Part shown: positions 28,922 to 37,991 of the stretch, in pieces | How positions within the stretch are numbered: position 1 is the first letter of the stretch | Layout of the letters: each line of letters starts with the position of its first letter | Assembly (NCBI GenBank): GCA_031366785.1 | Contig: JANLOW010000059.1 | Location: 1 to 55,833 of the forward strand | DNA from: Bacteroidota bacterium | Lineage (GTDB): Bacteria > Bacteroidota > Bacteroidia > AKYH767-A > 2013-40CM-41-45 | Length of the DNA: 55,833 nucleotides | Reading direction: 5' to 3' | Notes under the pieces: generated by a model | What the model was told of the DNA's origin: nothing | Database searches by the model: none | What the model saw: only the letters and a program-made list of their open reading frames with translations | Position numbers and translations under genes: made by a program

Positions 28922-29500
28922 TTAATATTCGTATGTATTACGATCCTCCTTAATAAGTTTCCCGGAAGCATCAACATTTTTCTCCTGAACTATCATACCT
29001 TTTTTATCATAAACAAAAAAAGTTTTTTCAATTGGATTATTTGAAGCATCTAAACTAACCTCAGAAACTTTATCACCATTGGTATTATAACTTATTAATA
29101 CCTTCTGTGTTACTTTACCAGTCGGATCTGCATGGATTTCTTCGATTCGATCTCCTTTTGCATTGTATTTATATGATTTTTTCTTTTTTAGTTTTCCGTC
29201 TTCAGTGAAAACCTGTTCTTCAATTTTATCTCCATTCTTATCAAAATTAGCTGTAAAATGACTTTTAACTTTGCCATCTTTATCATAGTTGATTTCTTCA
29301 ACTAAATTTCCATTGCTGTCGAATTTTTGAAAAATGGCATCTACTGTTGCTTCTTTCCCATTTTCAATACTGGTATGAACCTGCCGATATGATTTAACCT
29401 TATTCTTCTTTAATTCTTTTTTACTCTGTGCATTCACAGATAAAATAGAAATAAAAAAAACAAACATTAGAAATATGCTTTTAAGTTTCATGAAAATCAT
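28922..29500 (-). CDS. Exported repeat protein (five YD-like ~22-aa repeats)
   Basis: Signal peptide ending VNAQ. The repeats are FDSNGNLVEEINYDKDGKV, FDKNGDKIEEQVFTEDGKL, YNAKGDRIEEIHADPTGKV, YNTNGDKVSEVSLDASNNPI and YDKKGMIVQEKNVDASGKL. Confidence 0.6.
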   Translation of the reverse strand: MIFMKLKSIFLMFVFFISILSVNAQSKKELKKNKVKSYRQVHTSIENGKEATVDAIFQKFDSNGNLVEEINYDKDGKVKSHFTANFDKNGDKIEEQVFTEDGKLKKKKSYKYNAKGDRIEEIHADPTGKVTQKVLISYNTNGDKVSEVSLDASNNPIEKTFFVYDKKGMIVQEKNVDASGKLIKEDRNTYEY

Positions 29501-29943
29501 TTTTTATTATCTAGAATAATCAGGACAGGAGCCTCTGTGGTTGAACCATTGGATGTAATTTCAACATCAATAAAAACAGGAATCTTTAATCCGGTCAGAA
29601 AGCCGCTTTTTGCTCCGGTAGAATCTTTAGAATAGGTAAACAATCTGTATTTCCCTTTCTGAAGATACTTAAATTCATAAGTACCATCAAAAGAGGTTTT
29701 AAAATTATCGTCATACGTAGAATGGTCAGCACCATAAATAATATAAGTATCTTGATTTGCAGACGGATATATTGCTAACGGAACTGGACTTTGAAAACCA
29801 CCATCAAAATCGTGGACGATTACTTTTCCTTTAATCGTTGATGTTCCTCCGGGCCCTTCCGTCTTTTTACAGCCTGCGATAGAAAGACTTAAAACTAAAC
29901 AAATGTAAATTGTCTGTGTTCTAAATTGAGTTAGGAACTTCAT
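29497..29943 (-). CDS. Small lipoprotein (Ig/carboxypeptidase-regulatory-like beta sandwich?)
   Basis: The ATG at 29943 gives MKFLTQFRTQTIYICLVLSLSIAGC with the lipobox LSIAGC. The TTG-extended ORF-track start at 30081 is unlikely. IKGKVIV...GKYRLF resembles CarboxypepD_reg-type folds. Confidence 0.55.
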   Translation of the reverse strand: MKFLTQFRTQTIYICLVLSLSIAGCKKTEGPGGTSTIKGKVIVHDFDGGFQSPVPLAIYPSANQDTYIIYGADHSTYDDNFKTSFDGTYEFKYLQKGKYRLFTYSKDSTGAKSGFLTGLKIPVFIDVEITSNGSTTEAPVLIILDNKK

Positions 29944-30179
29944 CTTAATATGTTTTAATTTTTGCAAAGATGAAAAATATTTTCTAGGATTAGATGTAGG
30001 TTCAATTAAGAATAAGTAATACGTATTTTTACATTGAGAGTTATAGAATCGTATTTTTAAATACCTAATAATATATTTCACTTATAAAACGAAAAATAAT
30101 GCCTTGTATTGGGGATAATAATGCACTTTTTTAAAGTAATTACTTTATTCTCACTACATTTAACTCCTTAAATTATACT

Positions 30180-30677
30180 ATGAAAAATATTGAAATCATC
30201 AGTCACCTTACAGAATATGAAAATCAGGAAGACCTAAACAAGGAAGACTTACAATTATTAAAGGAAGCAAAAGCAAGTATGGAAGATGCATATGCTCCTT
30301 ATTCCCAGTTCCGGGTTGGTGCAGCTGTTTTGCTGGAGAATGGAATAATTATAAGAGGAAATAATCAGGAAAATGCTTCTTATCCAATTGGTTTATGCGC
30401 TGAAAGAGTGGCTATTTTTGCTGCCGGTGCCAATTACCCCGGAATAGCAATAAAAGCCATAGCTGTAACGGCTAGTTCCATTAATTTTCATGTTGATAAA
30501 CCTGTTGCACCATGTGGTGCATGTCGTCAGGCCATTGCCGAGTACGAGCATCGGTATAAGAAGAATATCCATATGATTTTGGCAGGTGAGGAAGGCAAAG
30601 TAATAACCACTGAAAATATAGCAACTCTTTTACCTTTCCAGTTCAATGGCGATGATTTGAAATCCAAAGGAAAATGA
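30180..30677 (+). CDS. cdd: Cytidine deaminase
   Basis: Zinc-binding motifs CAERVAIF and PCGACRQ. 165 aa. Confidence 0.9.
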   Translation: MKNIEIISHLTEYENQEDLNKEDLQLLKEAKASMEDAYAPYSQFRVGAAVLLENGIIIRGNNQENASYPIGLCAERVAIFAAGANYPGIAIKAIAVTASSINFHVDKPVAPCGACRQAIAEYEHRYKKNIHMILAGEEGKVITTENIATLLPFQFNGDDLKSKGK

Positions 30678-31189
30678 ACGCAATTGCTGAACTCTACCTT
30701 TTAGAGACTTTGAAAAACTTAAAAGGTCTTAAAAGCATAGCTGAAAAGGCTATTTCACAAATTAATAATGAAGAATTACATTTTAGCCCGGACAAAGAAT
30801 CGAATTCAGTTGCCATAATAATGAAACATTTGGCTGGAAATATGTTGTCTCGGTTTACGAATTTTCTGACTACAGATGGAGAAAAGGAATGGAGGAAAAG
30901 GGATCAAGAGTTTATTGATGATAATCAAACGCAAGAGGAACTTTTTGAAACTTGGAACATTGGATGGGGATGTTTATTCGAGACGATTTCAAAATTACAA
31001 CCGGAAGAACTTTCAAAGTTGATTTATATTCGAGGTGAGGAGCATACTGTATTACGTGCTTTAAATCGTCAACTTGTGCATTATGCTTATCATACAGGAC
31101 AAATAATTTACATTTGTAAACAAATTCGGGAAACCGATTTCCAATCATTATCCATACCTCGCAGAAAACCATATAATTCAGCTTCATAA
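30674..31189 (+). CDS. DinB-like DUF1572-family protein
   Basis: HLAGNMLSRFTNFLTTDGEKEWRKRDQEF and a C-terminal HYAYHTGQI match the DUF1572/DinB four-helix family as I recall it. It has a 4-nt overlap with cdd. Confidence 0.7.
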   Translation: MNAIAELYLLETLKNLKGLKSIAEKAISQINNEELHFSPDKESNSVAIIMKHLAGNMLSRFTNFLTTDGEKEWRKRDQEFIDDNQTQEELFETWNIGWGCLFETISKLQPEELSKLIYIRGEEHTVLRALNRQLVHYAYHTGQIIYICKQIRETDFQSLSIPRRKPYNSAS

Positions 31190-31212
31190 CATCAAATTAA
31201 ATCATAAAGTTT

Positions 31213-31998
31213 ATGATTATTTTTCGCCGGCAATTTATTTTATTAAAAAGATTTTCTTTTCTGTTTTTTTTTATATTTCTTTTATCCTTGAAAATAAAAG
31301 CTCAACACAGTATACGTGATTCAATTATAACTTTTCCGATGATAGGTGCAACTTTTGCATACCAATTTCCGGGAGGAAATATTGCTGAAAGATTTGGTAA
31401 TAATTATAATGTTGGATCAGTTTTTCAATGGAAATTACACAGGAATTGGATTATTGGTATTGAAGGTAGTTTTCTTTTTGGTGATAACGTTAAAGAAAGA
31501 AATATTCTAGATAAATATTTTACTCCTGATGGAAATATTATAAATGGAAACGGGCAATATTCAACAGTATCACTTTCAGAACGGGGATTTAAAATAGAAA
31601 TAAAAGGTGGAAAAATTATTCCATTGATAGGGCCTAATAAAAATTCAGGCTTGTTAACCACTTTGGGAATTGGCTATCTTCAGCATAAAATTTTAATAGA
31701 GACACCAGATAGTCCGATACCCTATCTAGAAGGTGAATATCGCAAAGGTTATGATCGATTATGTTCAGGAATTTCAATTTCAGAATTTTTAGGTTATAGT
31801 AATTTTAGTAATAATAAATTAATAAATTTTTATTTTGGCTTCGAATTCACCCAAGCCTTTACAAAAAACAGAAGAGTATTAAATTTTGATACTGGACAAC
31901 GCGATAATAATTCACGGATTGATCTTTTAACAGGGTTAAGGATAGGATGGGTTTTCCCAATATATAAGCAGATTGCGGATAAAATATATTTCAATTGA
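31213..31998 (+). CDS. Exported hypothetical protein (beta-rich)
   Basis: Signal peptide (FFFIFLLSLKIKAQ). No family recognised. Confidence 0.5.
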   Translation: MIIFRRQFILLKRFSFLFFFIFLLSLKIKAQHSIRDSIITFPMIGATFAYQFPGGNIAERFGNNYNVGSVFQWKLHRNWIIGIEGSFLFGDNVKERNILDKYFTPDGNIINGNGQYSTVSLSERGFKIEIKGGKIIPLIGPNKNSGLLTTLGIGYLQHKILIETPDSPIPYLEGEYRKGYDRLCSGISISEFLGYSNFSNNKLINFYFGFEFTQAFTKNRRVLNFDTGQRDNNSRIDLLTGLRIGWVFPIYKQIADKIYFN

Positions 31999-32002
31999 TA
32001 TT

Positions 32003-33271
32003 GTGCGGACTCTTTATGATTTCATACTTTACCTTTATCATTCTTTAATTGGACTGTCTGCTTTTCTCGGAAATCCAAAAGCTAAACTATGGATTCAAGG
32101 AAGAAAAAACTGGGAAGAAAAAATTGCAACTGTATTATCTAATGCAGGAAAGAAACGTATTTGGTTTCATTGCGCTTCATTAGGAGAATTTGAGCAAGGA
32201 AGGCCATTGATTGAAAAAATAAAAGCAAATGACCCTTCCATATTTATAATATTAAGTTTTTTTTCTCCATCCGGTTTTGAGCTTAGAAAAAATTATCCTA
32301 TGGCAGACCTGGTATGCTATCTTCCGATCGATACAAAAAATAATGCTAAGAAATTCTTATCACTTATATCGCCATCTTACATTGTTTTTATTAAATATGA
32401 ATTCTGGTTTCATTATTTTGAAGAAGCGAAACGTAATAAAATTCCACTTTTTATTGTTTCAGTAATTTTCAGGCGAAGGCAGATTTTTTTTAAATGGTAT
32501 GGGACTTTTTATAGAAATATTCTTAAAAATGTAACTCATTTTTTTGTTCAGGATGGAAATTCAGCAAAGCTATTATCGGGTCTTAAATTTAATAATGTAA
32601 CTATTTCCGGAGATACAAGATTCGACAGAGTATATTCAATTAAATTAGAAGAAAATAAAATTCCCTTAATTGAGAGATTCAAACAAAATACTAATTTATT
32701 TATAGCAGGAAGTACATGGATAGAAGATGAAAAAATCATTCTACCTTCTTTAAATTTATTAAAATTAAATAATTTTAAATTCATAATCGCTCCTCATGAA
32801 GTAAATGAAAATAGAATCAAAGAATTAATAACAAATCTTTCTAAATACTTCAGTCCTTCGGAAATAATTTGTTATTCTTCCAAAACAAATCCTGAAAAAG
32901 CCAAAATATTGATAATTGACAATATAGGAATTCTATCATCGGCCTACCGTTATGGAAGTATTGTATGGATTGGAGGAGGCTTTGGAAAAGGCATCCATAA
33001 TATCCTTGAAGCAGCAGTATTTGGAATGCCTGTAATCTTTGGACCTAATTATAAAAAATTCAATGAAGCAGAAGAATTAATTTCCAAAGGAGCTGCCTTT
33101 ACAGTTAGAAATTCAGATCAGCTAACAAAAGTACTGACAGGAATTGTAAATAATGAACAAAAACTAAAAGAATGCGCTTTGATTTCCTCCCAATACATAA
33201 AATCAAAAGTAGGTGCAACAGAAAAAATAATTTCAAAACTTTCTGATTTAATAAAATACATAAAACATTAA
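32003..33271 (+). CDS. waaA: 3-deoxy-D-manno-octulosonic acid (Kdo) transferase
   Basis: WFHCASLGEFEQGRPLIE and GGSFGKG-like GGGFGKGIHNILEAAVFGMPVIFGP motifs. The GTG at 32003 (VRTLYDFILYLYH...) aligns with the E. coli WaaA N-terminus and avoids overlapping the upstream gene. The ATG at 31973 is the alternative. Confidence 0.85.
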   Translation: MRTLYDFILYLYHSLIGLSAFLGNPKAKLWIQGRKNWEEKIATVLSNAGKKRIWFHCASLGEFEQGRPLIEKIKANDPSIFIILSFFSPSGFELRKNYPMADLVCYLPIDTKNNAKKFLSLISPSYIVFIKYEFWFHYFEEAKRNKIPLFIVSVIFRRRQIFFKWYGTFYRNILKNVTHFFVQDGNSAKLLSGLKFNNVTISGDTRFDRVYSIKLEENKIPLIERFKQNTNLFIAGSTWIEDEKIILPSLNLLKLNNFKFIIAPHEVNENRIKELITNLSKYFSPSEIICYSSKTNPEKAKILIIDNIGILSSAYRYGSIVWIGGGFGKGIHNILEAAVFGMPVIFGPNYKKFNEAEELISKGAAFTVRNSDQLTKVLTGIVNNEQKLKECALISSQYIKSKVGATEKIISKLSDLIKYIKH

Positions 33272-33276
33272 TTAAA

Positions 33277-33837
33277 ATGTTCCGATATATTATTTTCATA
33301 TTACTGTTTTCAATTGAAAATAATTTTAATCAAAGTAATTTTTATTACAGCAATACCGGTACAATACTATTCCGTTCAGAAGCGCAACAGGAACTTATTA
33401 AAGCTTCATCATCAGATCTAATTGGTTTGCTTGATATTCAAAAAAAGACATTTATTTTTAAAGTTATAATAAGATCTTTTCATGGATTTAACAGCGCACT
33501 ACAGCAAGAGCATTTTAATGAAAAGTATTTAGAATCAGAAAAATTTCCTGAAGCTTATTTCAATGGAAAAATAATCGAAGATGCAGATCTTTCTGTTGAT
33601 GGAACATATGATTTGAGGGCAAAGGGTAAACTTCAAATACATGGAGTTGAAATGGAAAGAATTATTCGTAGTAAAGCAGTTGTAAAAAATAACATTATCA
33701 CCATTGAATCACAATTTAGTATTTTATTATCTGATCATTCTATAAAAATACCTAAAATTGTTCATGAAAAAATTGCAAGTGAAATTATAGTAGTAATAAA
33801 AATTGAGTTAATTAGAAAAGATAAAATTGAAAATTAA
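33277..33837 (+). CDS. YceI-family (polyisoprenoid-binding-like) protein, paralog 1
   Basis: FNSALQQEHFNEKYLESEKFPEAYFNGKI ... LQIHGVEMER fits the YceI lipocalin-like fold. It is clearly paralogous to 38434-38994. Confidence 0.7.
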   Translation: MFRYIIFILLFSIENNFNQSNFYYSNTGTILFRSEAQQELIKASSSDLIGLLDIQKKTFIFKVIIRSFHGFNSALQQEHFNEKYLESEKFPEAYFNGKIIEDADLSVDGTYDLRAKGKLQIHGVEMERIIRSKAVVKNNIITIESQFSILLSDHSIKIPKIVHEKIASEIIVVIKIELIRKDKIEN

Positions 33838-36739
33838 AATCCCTATTAAATTACTTACTGGTTTTGTTTTTTGTTTTTTTTGGTGCTCGGTACTCGGTCA
33901 ACAACCGGTATTTAAATCATTTGATATCCGTTCGGAAAATAACCGTCCACGTATATTAAAATTATTAACAGATCATAATGGAAGAATCTGGGTTGGAACA
34001 GATAATGGGATTTTTACTTTTGATGGAATAAATTTTACAAAAATTTACAGTGTTGATACTTCCAAATCTACCATAAGCGCTCTCTTTGAAGATAAATCAT
34101 TTTCTGTTTGGGCTGGATTTTCCAATGGTAAAATTATTTGTATTAAAAACCAAAGTAAAATTCCATTTTCTCCGTCAGAAGGGTTTCCGAAAGTTGCAAT
34201 AAGTGCTTTTAATGAAGATGATGCCGGAAGAATTTATTTTTCTACCAAAGGAGAAGGAATATATTATATCGAGAATAAACATATATATAATATTAATCAT
34301 GATAATGGATTGAGTGATGATTATTGTTATGATATGATAAAATTTCCTGATCAACGGATGTGTGTTGCTACTGATGCAGGACTTAACTTTATCAATATAA
34401 ATAATGGTAAACAAACAATAACCAAATTTGGAACTGCAGAAGGTTTACCCGACGATATAGTTAGAACACTAAATTTTGATAAAAATGAAATTCTTTGGAT
34501 TGGGTTTCAAGATAAAGGGATTGCACGATATGATTTCAAAAATAATTTATTGACAACAAGTAATCTAAAAGATATTTGGAAGTATGGCCAGGTTAATGAT
34601 ATTTTGAGAGTTGACGATCTGATTTATGTCGCTACAGAGGATAAAGGAATTATTATTATAGATTCAAATGGTACATTAAGTGAATTAAACCTTGATAATA
34701 ACCGAACAATAAAATCAAACAATTTACTTCTTGATGATGAAAATAATGTTTGGATAGCCGAATCAATTCACTTATACAGAACCAGTGGAAATAAGATTTC
34801 ATTTATTCCATTGGTAGGAAAAAAAGAATTAAAATTTATTCATTGTATTACGAGTGATAAACAAGGGAATATATGGTTTAGTCCTGATCAAAACCTAGGT
34901 CAGATTTCCCGTTTAGTAGATGGGAAATTAAATTATAAGGAATATTCGATACTTAATAAACACATTGACATTGTTACACTATATGTTGACCCATACGGTT
35001 TCATTTGGATAGGAACTATGGGTGCAGGTTTATATAGGTTTAATCCCACGAATGGAAATGTTAGAAAAATAACTGAAAAAACAAATGCGACAAACTCAAG
35101 TATACTATCGATTAATGGCAATGGAAATATTGTTTGGGTAGCAGGTTTTAATTCAGTCATGAAGTTTGTTATTAAAGATAAAGGTAATTCTGAAAATGCC
35201 ATTATTTTTTTAGAACCTGCATTTTCTAAAAGCAAATTACTAAGTGATTATGTATATTCTGTTTTTATTGATTCTAAAGGAAGAACGTGGTTTGGAACAG
35301 ACGGCAGTGGCGTTTATTATTATGATGGAATAAATCTTAAAAATATACCAGTTATTGAAAACGCTGTACACAGTTTTACGGAGGATAAAAAAGGGCGTAT
35401 TTGGTTTTCATTAGCAGATGGAGGACTTCAGTATCTTGACAATGATGAGAAGGTTTATAAATTTCAGACAAAAGATGGTTTATCAGATCCATCGCCTACT
35501 TCATTACTTTGCACGAAAACAGGAAATATAATTATTGTTAATGCCAATGGATTTGATGTATTAAATCCGGAGACAAAGAATATAATTTACCATTCTTCTG
35601 AAGAAAATCTGGCTGATTTAAACTGTGATCTTAATTCTATTGCTTTATCTCCAGATAGTAATGTATGGATTGGCACGGAGCGTGGAATAATTCAATACAG
35701 GCCAACGTATGAAATGCAAATACAAAGACCGAAGATTGTTTTAAAATCGGTTTCATTATTTCTTGAACCAATCGATTTCCTTAAAAAAAATAAATTTAAT
35801 TCTGATGAGAATAATTTACGCTTTGATTTTGATGGGCTTTGGTATATAGATCCACAAAGAATTAATTACTTGTTTTTGCTTGAAGGTTATTCTACAAAAT
35901 GGGAAAGTACCAAAGATCACACAATTACTTTTCCGAAATTGCCACCCGGAAAATATACATTCCATATAAAAGCGTCATTAAATAATAATTTTGAAAATAT
36001 TGAAGAAGCATCGTATGCATTTGTAATAATGGCTCCGATTTGGCAACGTTGGTGGTTTAGAATTTTAATTGCAGGGATAATTTCCTTAATTATTCTATTT
36101 ATAATAAAAAGAAGAGAAAATCGATTAAGGAAATTCGAGCGATTGCAAAAAGAAAAAATTGAATTTCAGTTTGAAACTTTAAAAAGCCAGGTAAATCCAC
36201 ACTTCCTGTTTAATAGTTTTAATACACTTATTTCGGTCATTGAAGAAACTCCCAAGAATGCCGTAGAATATGTAGAAAGGCTTTCAGAATTTTTCAGGAA
36301 CATTATTACTTTCAGAGATAAAAACCTGATAAGTGTAGCTGAAGAATTAAAATTACTAGATACCTATATCTTTATTCAGAAAAAAAGATACGGTAACAAT
36401 CTTAGGCTTGAAATTAAATTGGATGAAAATACCAGTAAAATAAATTGCATAGCTCCTCTTACACTACAGTTACTTGCAGAAAACGCAATTAAGCATAATG
36501 CCATCTCAAATGAAAGTCCTTTGGTAATTACAATTAATTCCGAAAATAGCAAATTGCAAATAAGTAATAATATAAATTTAAAAATTGCAAAAGAAAGATC
36601 TACCGGATTCGGCCTTCAAAATATTAAAAGCAGGTATGAGCTGCTTACTGATGAAAAGATTGAAATTATTCAGGAGAAAAATAAATTTATAGTTAAAATT
36701 CCATTAATAAATTCCAAACATGAACATACTGATAATTGA
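33827..36739 (+). CDS. Sensor histidine kinase: periplasmic two-component-regulator propeller repeats + Y_Y_Y domain, one TM, LytS-type (His_kinase/HATPase) module
   Basis: Many repeats of the type IWVGTDNGIF / LWIGFQDKGIARYD / IWIGTMGAGLYRF. A Y_Y_Y-like region (YLFLLEGYSTKWE...PPGKYTFHIKA), a TM segment WWFRILIAGIISLIILFII, then QVNPHFLFNSFNTL and a C-terminal ATPase with GFGLQNI. Confidence 0.85.
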   Translation: MKIKIPIKLLTGFVFCFFWCSVLGQQPVFKSFDIRSENNRPRILKLLTDHNGRIWVGTDNGIFTFDGINFTKIYSVDTSKSTISALFEDKSFSVWAGFSNGKIICIKNQSKIPFSPSEGFPKVAISAFNEDDAGRIYFSTKGEGIYYIENKHIYNINHDNGLSDDYCYDMIKFPDQRMCVATDAGLNFININNGKQTITKFGTAEGLPDDIVRTLNFDKNEILWIGFQDKGIARYDFKNNLLTTSNLKDIWKYGQVNDILRVDDLIYVATEDKGIIIIDSNGTLSELNLDNNRTIKSNNLLLDDENNVWIAESIHLYRTSGNKISFIPLVGKKELKFIHCITSDKQGNIWFSPDQNLGQISRLVDGKLNYKEYSILNKHIDIVTLYVDPYGFIWIGTMGAGLYRFNPTNGNVRKITEKTNATNSSILSINGNGNIVWVAGFNSVMKFVIKDKGNSENAIIFLEPAFSKSKLLSDYVYSVFIDSKGRTWFGTDGSGVYYYDGINLKNIPVIENAVHSFTEDKKGRIWFSLADGGLQYLDNDEKVYKFQTKDGLSDPSPTSLLCTKTGNIIIVNANGFDVLNPETKNIIYHSSEENLADLNCDLNSIALSPDSNVWIGTERGIIQYRPTYEMQIQRPKIVLKSVSLFLEPIDFLKKNKFNSDENNLRFDFDGLWYIDPQRINYLFLLEGYSTKWESTKDHTITFPKLPPGKYTFHIKASLNNNFENIEEASYAFVIMAPIWQRWWFRILIAGIISLIILFIIKRRENRLRKFERLQKEKIEFQFETLKSQVNPHFLFNSFNTLISVIEETPKNAVEYVERLSEFFRNIITFRDKNLISVAEELKLLDTYIFIQKKRYGNNLRLEIKLDENTSKINCIAPLTLQLLAENAIKHNAISNESPLVITINSENSKLQISNNINLKIAKERSTGFGLQNIKSRYELLTDEKIEIIQEKNKFIVKIPLINSKHEHTDN

Positions 36740-37484
36740 AGACGAAGAACCAGCCGTTCAAAGACTCAAAAAAATCCTTTTAGAAATTGAACCCGAATCA
36801 AAAATTCTGGATGTTCTGGTAAGTGTTCGATCAGCTATTGAATGGTTTAAAACTCATGCGGCACCTGACATCATTTTACTAGATATTAATTTAGCTGATG
36901 GATCTAGTTTTCAAATTTTTCCAGAAATAAATGTTGAATCACCGATAATATTTATAACTGCTTTTGATGAATTTGCCATTCAGGCCTTTAAATTAAATAG
37001 TGTTGAATATTTGTTAAAGCCTGTAAAGAAAGAAGAACTTGTAGCAGCCATTAATAAATACAAAAAGCTGCATTCAAATAAATCAACGATACCCGATTTG
37101 AAAATGTTAATCGAAACTATACAGAAAAAACAAGAGCTCTTTAAAAAAAGATTTCTAATCCGCTTTGGTGAACATATTAAAGCAATAGATATAGATCAGG
37201 TAGCTTATTTTTATACTGAAGAAAAAATAAATTTTCTTAAAACTAAAGACGACCATACCTATCCGGTAGAATATAATCTTGACAAACTTGAAACAATGCT
37301 GGATTCCGAACGATTTTTTAGAATAAACCGTCAGTTTATTATCAGTATTGATTCCATCGTAGAAATGTTTTCATTTTCCAAATCAAGGGTAAAAGTAAAT
37401 TTGAAACCTGCTATCAAAATGGATACTATAGTAAGCACCGAACGTTCCCCACATTTTAAAGAATGGTTATCAGGAAAAGAATAA
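36720..37484 (+). CDS. LytR/AlgR-family response regulator (receiver + LytTR DNA-binding domain)
   Basis: Receiver domain MNILIIEDE...DIILLDINLADG...YLLKP. C-terminal LytTR motifs FFRINRQFIISIDSI. It has a 20-nt overlap with the kinase gene. Confidence 0.9.
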   Translation: MNILIIEDEEPAVQRLKKILLEIEPESKILDVLVSVRSAIEWFKTHAAPDIILLDINLADGSSFQIFPEINVESPIIFITAFDEFAIQAFKLNSVEYLLKPVKKEELVAAINKYKKLHSNKSTIPDLKMLIETIQKKQELFKKRFLIRFGEHIKAIDIDQVAYFYTEEKINFLKTKDDHTYPVEYNLDKLETMLDSERFFRINRQFIISIDSIVEMFSFSKSRVKVNLKPAIKMDTIVSTERSPHFKEWLSGKE

Positions 37485-37489
37485 GATTT

Positions 37490-37526
37490 TTCCCATTCAG
37501 TTCGTAATACTTCCCATTCAGCTACT
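37490..37526 (+). promoter_or_regulatory. Candidate LytTR operator: direct repeat TTCCCATTCAG x2 with 21-bp phasing
   Basis: Perfect 11-mers at 37490-37500 and 37511-37521. The first copy contains TCAGTTCGT (37497-37505), which fits the published LytTR 9-mer [TA][AC][CA]GTTN[AG][TG] as I recall it. Nine-mers spaced 12 bp apart give the 21-bp period seen here. Confidence 0.45.
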
Positions 37527-37554
37527 TTAATTTTCCATGGCTTTTACCTATAAG

Positions 37555-37562
37555 TATATTTG
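37555..37562 (+). promoter_or_regulatory. Possible -7 promoter box downstream of the direct repeat
   Basis: TATATTTG fits TAnnTTTG. It lies 34 nt after the second repeat. No good -33 TTTG is present, as expected for an activator-dependent promoter. Confidence 0.3.
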
Positions 37563-37569
37563 TTCCGGA

Positions 37570-37659
37570 ATGTTAAAAAAGAAGATTATATTTATAGATG
37601 CAGCACTGGCAGGGATACTATTCCTTATGGTTATGCTAATGTTGATCCTTTCCACTTAA
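37570..37659 (+). CDS. Possible 29-aa single-TM micropeptide
   Basis: ATG...TAA encoding MLKKKIIFIDAALAGILFLMVMLMLILST (basic N-terminus plus hydrophobic helix). It starts 8 nt after the putative -7 box, so the mRNA would be leaderless or nearly so. There is no further support. Confidence 0.2.
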   Translation: MLKKKIIFIDAALAGILFLMVMLMLILST

Positions 37660-37991
37660 AAGCATTTTACAGATTGGAATCTTACAATTTAATGACAATT
37701 AGAGTACCTAATATTTAAAAAACAATATAAAATATTACAATGTATTAAATTATGCCGATATTCTAAATATTCTACCACGACAATCGTTATATTTAGATTA
37801 GAAATGTTACCTAGCACTATAACTTCAATATTGAACTAAAAGAAGATGACTCAACAATTTATTTTATCAAGTTTCATTTATAACACAATTTCGTCTCATA
37901 GCATTACATTGAAATCGCTTATTATTTAATAATGCATAATCAAAAAAGTACTTCACAATTTTCACAGAATCAAAAACGATCTTCGACCTTA

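Noticed and set aside
31973-32002. ATG at 31973 as the waaA start
   Set aside because: It would overlap the upstream gene by 26 nt and add 10 residues not aligned to WaaA N-termini. The GTG at 32003 fits better, but this is a judgment call.
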